DNA of 64,000 nt from Blepharisma stoltei ATCC 30299 (GCA_965603825.1 CBFDEM010000001.1:496001-560000); one strand, 5' to 3'; shown: positions 25,380-35,264, numbered from the stretch's first letter. Notes: a model not told the origin generated them from the sequence alone. A program made the numbers and translations.

Positions 25380-27959
25380 CTAAAGGTCTGTTTTAGGCTC
25401 TTTTTGGCTGTCTTCAGCTGGCTGGGATGTTTCACCAGTTTTAGCATCAGCCTGGCTATTGGCTTCCTCATCAGATTTTTTGGCTTCTTCTGGAGCTTTT
25501 TCTTGTGCAGCTTCACTTGGTTGCTGATTTTCCTCTGTTTTTTTATCATTTTGCTCCTTATATTCTTGTCTTGGCCTTCCTGTTTTTTTTATGATTTCTA
25601 CTCTTTTTTCAACACCTTTGACTTTTGACTCCAAAACTGCAATTTTTAATACTGGCTCTTCCCATTCTGGGGTATTTTTCTGCTCCTCAACCTTTTGGTC
25701 AAGCCATTCAATAGTTTCATTAATTACCATGAAAACTTTTTCTTTTTCAGGTAACGGAATCCATGTTTTGGTTTTGTTTAAATAGGACATTTCTCTGTAA
25801 AGTTCTTGCAATTTTAAATAGCCGTCTAATATTTTGTCTTCTCTTGACATTAATTCTGTTTCTCTGTCAAGGAATTTGGCTGTCATTTTTTCAAGCTTTG
25901 TTTTTTCTTTAATTAAGCCTGAGCTGCCTTGTTTTTTGTAGTCACCAGACTCAAGCCAATGAAGGGTTTCGTTAATTTGAATCTTTAAGGTTGATAAATC
26001 GTCTGGACTGATTACTCTTAAAAATTCTGAGCCTTCTAATTTTTCTTGAATAAAATATATATATGACTCCAGTTCATTTCTGTTGTGGGCTAACTGCTTT
26101 CTCTCTTCTTCAGCGACTGTGTATGCATCTAGCTTTTCCTTGATTATTTTTGCAAGATCTTTTTTAGGAGGCAGAGGGTTTCCAAATTCCAATTGCTTAA
26201 TATTTAATTCTTGCTTAATAATTTTGTTTTTTTTGACTTTTTCAGTCACCGTTTGTGCAACTGTTTCATTTTCTGGCTTTTTTTGTGCCTCAGTCTCGTT
26301 TTCTGGTATTTTTTGTGCCTCAGTTTCATTTTCTGGCTTTTTTTGTGCCTCAGTCTCATTTACTGATTTTTTTATTTCGACTTCGACCTCAATTTCATAT
26401 TTTGCTTCAGCGCTGTCAAGCTTCGGAATTCCACTATAATCTAAGCTAAAAACAAAAATTACTTGGGGAGCTTTACCATACCTCTCTTGATTTCCTGTAA
26501 CAGAATAAAGTGAAAAAGGCACCCATTCATTATTTTTTTGATAAGAAAAGACACATTCTACGTCATTTTCAATAGTAAACCCAATTTTTTTGGTTTGTCC
26601 TAGGACACTTCCAGACTCAAAAAGAATTTTTTCTTTATTAAATTCTTTATTGCTTGGAGAGGTAAATACAGCTTTAATTGGTAAAGACGTTTTTTCTATC
26701 AGCCAAAGTGGTTTTACCATAACTTCACTCGAAAAATTTGCAGCATAAATCGCCGCGCCTTGTGCCATTGATTCATCTCCATTTAAATGTGTTTGTGGCT
26801 GTTTAAATTTCTTTTCAATAATTTCCTGTATTTTTGGAATTCTTATAGGGCCGCCCAGAATTTCTATAAAATTGATATCGTCTATTGTCAATTTAGCAGT
26901 ATCCAGGGCATTTTGTATTGGTTTTATTAATCTTTCTGTGTGCTTTTCTACAATATTTTCTATAATTTCTCTTTCTAATGTGAATGTAAAATCATGCCCA
27001 GGGATAATATTAGGGACATTGACATATGAGGTTTTGCTTGCACTTAAAGTTTTTTTGGCTTGATTGGCTGCATGCAAAAGCTTAGACATTGCTTTTACGT
27101 TGTCTTTTACATCAGAACCCCCGCTTGCTATGAATTTTTCATTGAGATATTCAGCGATCTCTGCATCTATAGTCCTTCCTCCGAATTCAGAATCCCATGT
27201 ATTTGCAAGAATTTCGATAGTTTCTACTTGTTTTGCTGACAGTTTACTTGCTTTTTTGAGTGCAGCGAAGTACCTTACAATTGAAACTTGGAGATATGAT
27301 GCCCCCAAGTTATAAATAAGGATTTTATGGTCTGTTTTATTATCAAATCTATCAATTCCATAATATAAAGCAGCCCCAGTGTTATCACTAATCAAGCTCA
27401 TCACGTTTAATTTTGCAGCTTCAGCAGCAACTAATAGGCTTCTTCTCTGTGGAACAGTCCAAAAATTCGGCACTGTAATAACGCAATCCCTTGCAGAGTC
27501 CCCTGAAGTTTTATCTGCAAGTTTTCTAATAAATTCTAGCACCATTGCAGCTGTTTCTTCTACTGAGAATTTCTCATTTTTTATTTTAAATTCAATTGAA
27601 AATCTTGAGGAGTCTTCAGAAACTTCAAGCGGGATAAATTCATTGAGAAATCTTTTTTGAAGATCAGTATCGTTAAAAGCTTTGCCAAGGGCTCTAGTTG
27701 TGAAAATTAAAGCAGATTGAGGATCTTTTTGCATGTAATTTGTGGCTTCTTCACCTAAGAGATGATGCTCGCCTTGTAAAGCAACAATGTTGTGGATCAT
27801 TCTTTTTGATTGAGGGCTTTCAATGGCACCAAGTTTTCGGCCAGGCTGAATTATTGAAGTCTAAATAAGATTTACCTTGATTAGTTCAGTCCCGAAATCA
27901 ATTCCTATTACAGCTCCTGATGCAAAATAAGAAAGTAAAAATAATGCCAGGAAATACAT
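25380..27959 (-). CDS. HYOU1: ER Hsp70-like nucleotide exchange factor HYOU1/GRP170/Lhs1, 854 aa, one intron
   Basis: ATG at 27959 gives signal peptide MYFLALFLLSYFASGA then VIGIDFGT. Also CVITVP, AALYYG, GGRTID, LNGDESMAQGA, RNELESYIY and C-terminal ER-retention-like KTDL. Confidence 0.92.
26252..26360 (-). repeat. 30-nt coding tandem repeat (~3.6 copies) encoding NETEAQKKPE
   Basis: Repeated ttttgtgcctcagt(c/t)tc(a/g)ttttctgg unit on the + strand. Confidence 0.9.
27861..27875 (-). other. 15-nt intron in HYOU1
   Basis: GTAAATCTTATTTAG; phase 0, removes TAG, joins ELIK-TSIIQPG. Confidence 0.92.
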
Positions 27960-28022
27960 TATATACGTGTCAATAGATAAATGAAATTTAATTTAGAAAA
28001 ATATTTTTGGAAAAATATCAAA

Positions 28023-28728
28023 TTATGACTGCTCAAAATCAACATCACAAAACCCTCTATGGTAAAAAAATTCCTTACTTCTGCCCATTTTAAGCACACA
28101 TCTTTTCAAAAGAACTTTTCATCTGTCTCCAGTTCTTGCTACCTAATTATCAGCTTACCTTGTCATAAGAGCAATACATAACATCTTTAGTTTCTGGAAT
28201 CAAAATATTGGTATCCTCATCACTAATATCGCCTAAATCTTCCTCTTCTTCTTCCTCTTCAGATGGCTCGATTTCTTGGGCATTTTTTCCTAAATTTTTG
28301 TATTTTTGGAATTCCAGCTCAGCTTCATTTTGTTCTTCGTCTGATTCTTCTTCATCTTCATTAGAACTTTCTGAATCACTCTGTGGCTTAGTGATTACTT
28401 CTTGCTTCATTGGAATTTGTGGGATTGGAGGATTTTTTATTTCTTGCTCTTGCTTTTGCGCAGGGGATTTGAAGTATTCTTCGTTTTTAGGGAAATTTTT
28501 TTTTGGCTTTGAAATCTTTGGATTTGCGAATAGTAAGTTCTAGTTAAAAATTACATGACGGATGACTGGAGGCCGCATGATCTGATTTAGATTTCTTAAT
28601 CAAGAGGATTTAAAATTTTGAAGAGTGGTTTCTTGTAGTGAAGAATTTTCTGGGTTTCTTTTAATTTGATCTAAAACATTTTCAATTATTGTATTGTAAA
28701 AATCTTCTGTTGTTGCGGAAAGTGCCAT
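28023..28728 (-). CDS. GTF2A1: Transcription factor IIA large (alpha/beta) subunit, 224 aa, two introns
   Basis: N-terminal FYNTIIENVLDQI...S-W(TGA)-LRNL; acidic linker; C-terminal VMYCSYDK|VARTGDR-W(TGA)-KVLLKRCVL, matching the TFIIA CQYDKxxRxKNKWK motif. Exons 28555-28728, 28159-28539, 28023-28142. Confidence 0.88.
28143..28158 (-). other. 16-nt intron in TFIIA
   Basis: GTAAGCTGATAATTAG; 16 nt are required to restore the conserved C-terminal frame. Confidence 0.88.
28540..28554 (-). other. 15-nt intron in TFIIA
   Basis: GTAATTTTTAACTAG; removes an in-frame TAG. Confidence 0.88.
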
Positions 28729-28902
28729 CTTTTATTTTTAGAAAATGAATTTACTAAAGTAAATTTGATCATTTTATGGAAATAATAAAGCGTGTTTTAT
28801 AATTATTAAGATTAGCTTTAATATATAGACTTATAACTTTCTTAAAATTAAATAAAAACCCAAAATTAGCAAAATTCTAAAATTATATATAATCAAAAAT
28901 TA

Positions 28903-30141
28903 CTATTTTTCTGTGTTTTCCACTATATCTTTAAAACGATTTTTCAAGTCTGCTACAAATGACTTTATATTTTTATCCATTAAAAAATTTTCTCTATATT
29001 CATCAAGCTTTTTATTAGACCTTCCGCTTTTGATTTGATTTTGGTACTCTTTCAGCTTTTCCTGGCTAAAAGGAACAGGACTTTTTCTAGGACGAGGATT
29101 ATCTTCCTCAGAAGTATCAAGATGATCATTAGACGGTTCTGTCTGCACATATTGCACTAAATCATCTATTTTCCCTCGGCTTGTTTTTGCGGCGAGGTAT
29201 TTTCTATTATGAAAAGTATAGTGAGCTTGCTTATCATTTTTTGGCTTTTTCTCAATATTTTTGTTTCTTTCAGTTGCTGGCATCCTAGGACCATTTGATG
29301 ACGGAGGTTTTGATTCAGGAGTTTTTGCTCTTAAAAGAAAAGGTGAAAGTTCTCTATTTTCAATAAAAGGTGATTTACTTTTGTTTTCTGCTCTGACAAT
29401 GATCCTTTTGAAGTTTTCATTTCTCTCTTTATTTCTCAGCCTTGTTTTTCTGAAATTGCTAGTCTTGACGGCTGAATCATACGCATTTTTAAGATTATCA
29501 ATAACAGAATGGCCTTTGGATAAATATTTTTCTGCGAAATCGACAGATCTTCTATAATAATCAAGCGATTCTTCATACTAAATAAACACTACTCTTTTTA
29601 AATATTCCATTTCAACTGCAACATTATGAAAAGCAATTGCTAATATTGGCGCTCTTATATCAATTGTCGCAAAATCTTGCTCATAAGCAGCTTGGAATGC
29701 TTCATCCTGGATCAAAATAACAGCTTGCATTGCATATTCTAAAGCTTTGTCATGCTTCCCTATAAGGGAACTCACTGCACATAGATTCAGATGAACATCA
29801 CCTGTGGGGTTAATAGATAAGGCGTCTTGTAAAAATTTTAATGCAGTTCGATATTTTGCTTGCTTTTTATAATAGCATGCGTAGTTATTATAAGTAGCAG
29901 AAAGCAAATCTGGATTTGCTCCTGAGAGCTCTTCTGCTTTTTTTAACAGACTTAAGGCTTCATTTTGAGCGCCTTGATGTAACTTATCCATTGCATGCAA
30001 GTTATAAAGCTCACAGAGGCTTGTAGTGGTCTCTTGGTATTCGGCACTACGTTTATCAAGTGTAATAAAATCTTGTTCTAGGATTTCGATGGCTTGCTTG
30101 TAATTTCCTTCTCTTTTAAGAACATTTATCTTTTCTTCCAT
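28903..30141 (-). CDS. TPR-repeat protein with basic low-complexity tail, 407 aa, one intron
   Basis: TYNNYACYYKK, VHLNLCAVSSLIGKHDKALEYA, LAIAFHNVAVEMEYLKR|YEESLDYY; same frame as track ORF 28903..29283. Confidence 0.85.
29578..29592 (-). other. 15-nt intron in the TPR gene
   Basis: GTAGTGTTTATTTAG; removes an in-frame TAG within a TPR helix pair. Confidence 0.88.
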
Positions 30142-30282
30142 AGATACTTATTTGCAACATATTAAATGCATTATGATGTCAAAAAGGAAAATTATATTTA
30201 TTGAAAGAAACAGTATTTAGCTTTAATAAAATATCTATAAGAAGCTTAAAATATTTAATAAATATAAAAGTGACAAAAATAA

Positions 30283-30708
30283 TTATGTTAAATTTTTATG
30301 CCTGAGATAAAGGTGATTTCTACTATCACGTCTTTTAATTCCACGCTCATCTGCACACGCTTCACATTGATAGAGAACATTTCCTTTTTCCAACGATCCT
30401 TGCCCTGGGATAACTCTAAAAGATATTTTCTTCCCATTATCATAATTTTGAATAAGCAGTCTTGTAGGCAGAATCCTATTATTTTCAAAAATCCTGATAT
30501 TAGCTGGCAGAACATTTCCTTTTGCTATATCATTTATATATTTAAGCCTCATAAAAAATTCAGTGGAGTCTCTCATTGACAGCTTCAGGTCATCTAAGAC
30601 TGAGAAAAAATCTTTAGAAGAGAAAAACAAGGCATCTAGATCGCAGCCAAGCTCATCAAGTCTTTTGATATGCTTTGGGTCATTTCCTACAATATAATCT
30701 AAATTCAT
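30283..30708 (-). CDS. Orphan-family paralog 1, 141 aa: putative SAM-like N-terminus plus C-x2-C-x13-H-x4-H zinc finger
   Basis: Intact ATG..TAA ORF; aligns without gaps to the ORFs at 30748 and 31158; CEAC...H LYLR H. Confidence 0.85.
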   Translation of the reverse strand: MNLDYIVGNDPKHIKRLDELGCDLDALFFSSKDFFSVLDDLKLSMRDSTEFFMRLKYINDIAKGNVLPANIRIFENNRILPTRLLIQNYDNGKKISFRVIPGQGSLEKGNVLYQCEACADERGIKRRDSRNHLYLRHKNLT

Positions 30709-30747
30709 TATAAGGGGGGTGTATTCTAAAAAATCTGGCTTTTTATA

Positions 30748-31161
30748 ATGGATTTAAACTATATCGTAGGAAACGACAAGAAGAAGCTTAAAAAGTTTGA
30801 TGAGCATGGATATGACCTTGAGTCCTTATTTATCATTTCCAAGGATTTTTTCTCAATTTGTGATGATCTCAATCTGTCTCATAAAGAAGCATCAGAATTT
30901 TTTATCAGGGTCAAAATAATGAAAGAAGCTTCTGAAGGCCAGCCATTCCCTCCAAATCTCCTCATGTATGAAAATAGCAAAAAATGCCCTACAAGAATCA
31001 GCATTGTCAATAACGATACTTATAATAAAGTATTATTCAAAATTGTCCCAGGCCAAGGAAAATGTGAAAAACTCAATGTTCTTTTTAGATGCGAGATGTG
31101 CAGAGAAGATTCCCAAATTAAAAGAAGTGACTTAAAGATACATAGTAATATTTTATTTTAA
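30748..31161 (+). CDS. Orphan-family paralog 2, 137 aa; zinc finger lacks the last His
   Basis: MDLNYIVGND, EFFIRVK, PTRI, IVPGQG, CEMC...H then stop. Confidence 0.85.
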   Translation: MDLNYIVGNDKKKLKKFDEHGYDLESLFIISKDFFSICDDLNLSHKEASEFFIRVKIMKEASEGQPFPPNLLMYENSKKCPTRISIVNNDTYNKVLFKIVPGQGKCEKLNVLFRCEMCREDSQIKRSDLKIHSNILF

Positions 31162-31583
31162 TTAAGATTTTTATGTTTGGCAAATATATGCCTTTTAGTA
31201 TCGAATCTTTTTATTGCAGTATCTTCTTGGCATTCTTCACATTTATAAAGAATGTTCCCTTTTCTGACTGATCCTTGGCCTGGAATAATTCTAAAATATA
31301 GTTTATTTCCTGTCTCTTTATTCTGAACAATAAGTCTTGTAGGTAGAGTTTTGTTATTTTCATAAATTTGGATATTTTCTGCAAGATTACTTCCTTGAGA
31401 TGCATCATGGATATATTTAAGCCTCATAAAGAATTCTGCAGAATTTCTTAAGCTGAGCTTAAGATCGTTCATTACTGAAAAAAGGTCGCTGGACATAGCA
31501 AATAGGGAGTTCATGGTGCATTCAAGTTCTTCAAATCTTTGAGTGTGCCTTAAATTATTTCCTACAAGATAATTTAAATCCAT
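31158..31583 (-). CDS. Orphan-family paralog 3, 141 aa
   Basis: About 55% identical to paralog 1 by hand count (77/141, ungapped); CEEC...H IFAK H. Confidence 0.85.
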   Translation of the reverse strand: MDLNYLVGNNLRHTQRFEELECTMNSLFAMSSDLFSVMNDLKLSLRNSAEFFMRLKYIHDASQGSNLAENIQIYENNKTLPTRLIVQNKETGNKLYFRIIPGQGSVRKGNILYKCEECQEDTAIKRFDTKRHIFAKHKNLN

Positions 31584-31727
31584 TATAAATGGGGACTAAA
31601 AAATAAATTAATTAATTTGGGAAAATATAATCAAAAATAAAATATGCTACTATTAAACACTGATGTTTATTTATAAAATTAAGCTTGAGAATATGAGCTT
31701 TAGAAATTAAGAAATAAATTATGTTAA

Positions 31728-32384
31728 TTAATCAGCTATGTCATAGACAATGTCTCTTTTTGTTAATGAAGACATATAAATATAAAAAAATTTCAATATC
31801 AAAATCACAGGCATGATACAAATAATTAAATAGCACGATTTGAAATAAAAACTAAAGCTAAATGTTGAATTCTTTGGGCAATTTTCTCAAAAATCTGGAA
31901 TAGTTTCAACAACACATAGTGCCTCAAAAAGAGTTGCTAATGGTATAAGAATAAAAAATGCATTATATTTCAGCCAAAATATCCAATTTATCAACCCATA
32001 AAATTTCGTAAGAAAATATAAATAATCAGTGATATCAATTAAAGCTCACGATAAAACAGCTCCAATAGGCCAATTACTCTATATTAATCCTACTCATGGT
32101 ATCAAATCCCTTATCCCAAAAAATATCAAAATTCTGACACAGTTTTGGACTATATTAGGCCAAATATTGCAAGATAGTCTATAATACTTGTGAAAGACCT
32201 GAATATACCTTACTTCAACAATACTTAATCCAAGCATAATCTCTAGTAATCTCCTAATTTTCACATCATATAAGATTTCAACTGTTTTGTTCTCCACAAC
32301 ATACTCGCACGCGAATCACAGCACAGAAATTCATCCCACAAGCTGTACGCTATTAAAAATCGCCAAATAATCTTCAAATTTCAT
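31728..32384 (-). CDS. 3-hydroxyacyl-CoA dehydratase (HACD/PTPLA/Phs1)-like membrane protein, divergent, ~208 aa, two introns
   Basis: YLAIFNSVQLVG-W(TGA), E-VFH...QNCVR, S-W(TGA)-ALIDITDY, WLKYNAFFILIPLATLFE; ATG 32384, TAA 31728-31730. Confidence 0.8.
32079..32093 (-). other. 15-nt intron in the HACD-like gene
   Basis: GTAGGATTAATATAG; removes an in-frame TAG. Confidence 0.85.
32199..32213 (-). other. Probable 15-nt stop-free intron in the HACD-like gene
   Basis: GTAAGGTATATTCAG fits the consensus with A at position 10; removal restores the family spacing E-x-x-H. Confidence 0.7.
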
Positions 32385-32403
32385 AATTAATTTCCTTACT
32401 AAA

Positions 32404-33504
32404 ATGAATTTTGATGAAGAAACAGACAAAGAATACGAAAATAACGCCATAAAACTCCTTCAAAATCAGCTCTCCAAAGTAAATTTAATTTAGTTAACAG
32501 TCCAATCCCGAAGCCTTTGTCAATCTCTCAAAGGTGAAAAAGAGCGGCTGGAAAGACTTTCGTCCCAACTGCATCTCACAAAGCAACAAATCGATTTTTT
32601 CTCACAGGAAACTCACCGTGCCTTAGAAGGTATTAAAGACGCCAACTGGCAATTTACCAAAGAAATATGTAGCGAACTCGGAAAAATAAAAAATCCTACT
32701 AACACATTGCTTGAAGTTTGCGATAAATTCATGCTCATGCTTGACCAAAAAGACAGATCTTGGAAGACTTTTCGGGCAATCACAAAAAATTACAGCCCAC
32801 TAAGAAGCCTTATGAGCAGCGTCCAAGCAGAAAATTTGACTGATGAACAAGTTAATGAAATTTTACCTATATGAAAAAAGCAGCAACAAATACAAGCAAA
32901 ACTTCAAAAAGTCAGTAAAGGTGCCCAAGTAATCGCAGAATGGATTTCTTACTCAGTTGAATACAAGCTCAAAAAAGAAACCCTGACTTCTTCTAAACGA
33001 AGGCTGCCTGAGCTAGAAAAAAAGGTTAAAAATCAAGTAAGCAAAATTGCAGAAATTAATGCTCAGATTTTGATATTAGAAGAACAGATAAGTGAAGTGA
33101 AAATAAATATTGATAACTCCCCTGGCGACGAGGAAGAACAAACTGAAGAAGAAATGAGCGTGATTTCTATGAGGTCGACCAATTTATCAGTTAAGCCGAA
33201 AAATGAAGAAAAAGTGGTTAGCTTTGCACAGGATGGGTTTGCTGAAGAAATAGTTCAGCGATCGAATATAAAAGACACACTTTCTGAGGTCCCAAATGAA
33301 GGGTGTGATATTAAAGAACAAAATATTTTGATAGATACGCCTAGGTTTATTGAAAGCAAATTCCCGAATTTTAATTTGATGTCGGAAGATCTGTATGGGG
33401 AAGAACCGAAAAAAAGCAAAGAAGACGAGGATCATGTAGATATTATTTATGAGGACAATCATGAGCTTATGGGGTGCTGCCGATCAAGGTTTTTTTGCTT
33501 TTAA
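32404..33504 (+). CDS. Coiled-coil protein with dynein-stalk microtubule-binding-domain-like region, 361 aa, one intron
   Basis: ATG 32404; intron 32479-32493; one TGA; ELGKIKNPTNTLLEVCDKFMLMLDQKDRSWKTFRAI...VSKGAQVIAEWI; joins track ORF 33070..33504; ends GCCRSRFFCF. Confidence 0.75.
32479..32493 (+). other. 15-nt intron
   Basis: GTAAATTTAATTTAG; removes an in-frame TAG. Confidence 0.88.
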
Positions 33505-33646
33505 GTGGTTAATTTTTGTATAAATTTAAAATTTTCAAGGAATTTAAGGAATTTGTGGGAAAAGGAATAGCCTTTTTATTTTGATTCCATTTAAAGAAAT
33601 CTAAAGTGCATTTAAAATGATTTTTTCTTACAATTATAATTAAAAT

Positions 33647-33799
33647 ATGGAAAGCACTTGGGTGATTATATTTTTGGTGCTTCTAATATTTGGAGGAGGG
33701 TTTGGGTACATTTATTGGAAGAATCTTCATATGCTTAACAAGCCGAAGAATAAGAAGCCTAAGAAAAAAGATAAACAAAACTGGTCAATTGATGGGTAA
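33647..33799 (+). CDS. 50-aa single-pass membrane microprotein with Lys-rich tail (absent from the ORF track)
   Basis: MESTWVIIFLVLLIFGGGFGYIYWKNLHMLNKPKNKKPKKKDKQNWSIDG*; AT-rich leader aaaatATG; more GC-rich than its flanks. Confidence 0.7.
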   Translation: MESTWVIIFLVLLIFGGGFGYIYWKNLHMLNKPKNKKPKKKDKQNWSIDG

Positions 33800-34239
33800 C
33801 TAATCACTCTACTTTAACACTTACTTTTCTAGAAAAAATTACTTTATTTTATGATTTCTTTTCGATTATTATTTTAAGAATTCAATAACATGTTTTTTGG
33901 AAGTAATTTGGCTTTAAGCCCTGATTAATAAAATCAATTAACTGTACCAAAAATTTAATTGCTTTGCAAACTATATGAGGGTAATATTTTATTAAAAAAT
34001 AAAAATTTATCTCACAAGCTAAACATTTAAATAGAAAATAAAACATGCTTTTTATTATAAAACATCCATAATTTTGTATTACTTTGCCTTAAATTAACTA
34101 AATAAAGCTAGCTGTTAATAAAAATATCAATTAAATCAATTAAAATATGAAGAAATTTGATTAATGGCAAATTGGTTTAGAATAAATAATCCATAGGCAC
34201 TTTCCTTATGGTTTAATAATTCAGACGTTCGTATAAAAA

Positions 34240-34536
34240 ATGGGCTGCGCTGGATCGAAGAAAGTTAAAAAAGAAGCTAAATTGCATCCTTCACGGACGG
34301 AGCCAGCAGAAAAAGAGCATCCAGAATTTGAAGAATCAAAACATGGAATCTCAAAAGGGAATATCTCAGAAGACTCCAGAGTTCTTGCAAAGCTTCAGAC
34401 TATAAATAATATTTACAGAGTTGTTGTAATGGCAGAATTCAATGAACAAATCGGAATTCAAGTAGATAATGAGCATCCACAAGAGTTGAATAAAAAAAAG
34501 GACGAAGAAAATAAACTTGAAAATCAATCTCAGTAG
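34240..34536 (+). CDS. Small hydrophilic protein with N-terminal MGC acylation-like motif
   Basis: MGCAGSKKVKK start, aaaaaATG context, TAG stop. Confidence 0.7.
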   Translation: MGCAGSKKVKKEAKLHPSRTEPAEKEHPEFEESKHGISKGNISEDSRVLAKLQTINNIYRVVVMAEFNEQIGIQVDNEHPQELNKKKDEENKLENQSQ

Positions 34537-34988
34537 TTGATGGCTTTAAAATTGCATTGTTTTCTAACTTAAAATGTTCAGTTTTTTATTTTGTTTTTTT
34601 AATTATATATTGATGTGCACAATTAGAGATTAATATGCAGTATTATGTTTATTAATTTTCATAATTAGATAAAATGTAGGTTTTAATTCAGGAATTGATA
34701 AATTATTATTACTAAAAATTTGAAAATTTTATAAAATTTTTATACTTCGCAGGAATAACAAGCTAAGATAAATTAAATTTCATCCTTTTTCATATTAATT
34801 CGAATATTTGGTTTAAATTAGTATCAAAATATAGCAAAAATCATTTAAATTGCTAAGCATCTTAGATATGCTTTTATAAAAATAAAAATTAATTTTAATT
34901 GTTTTCAATTAAATAAATAACTGAACCATTTTGGAAAAGTTTTTAATCGAAAAATGGATTTATTTTTCATCCACATGATAATAATAAA

Positions 34989-35264
34989 ATGGCAGATCAC
35001 TTTGAGAGAGTTGCGCAATTGGTTGTTGAATTCAAACTAAGCGGAGGTACCCTAGAGGGAGATAAAGGATATCAAGTCTACGGACTTTATAAACAAGCTA
35101 CATCAGGTGATAACACCGCTCCTAGACCAGCAGATGAAGCAGCTGCACGCAAGTGGGACGCTTGGGAAGCCAAGAAAGGCCTAACTCACGATCAAGCCAA
35201 GGAGCAATACGTTGAATCCTTCCGTGCCTGGTTCCCAGCTGATTGGGTCGCGAGATTGGGATAA
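34989..35264 (+). CDS. ACBP: Acyl-CoA-binding protein
   Basis: YGLYKQATSGD, KWDAW..KKG, AKEQYV. Confidence 0.93.
   Translation: MADHFERVAQLVVEFKLSGGTLEGDKGYQVYGLYKQATSGDNTAPRPADEAAARKWDAWEAKKGLTHDQAKEQYVESFRAWFPADWVARLG

Noticed and set aside
31145-31166. GT..AG segment that might extend paralog 2
   Set aside because: It is 22 nt, outside the 15/16-nt class, and splicing it would not restore the missing His.
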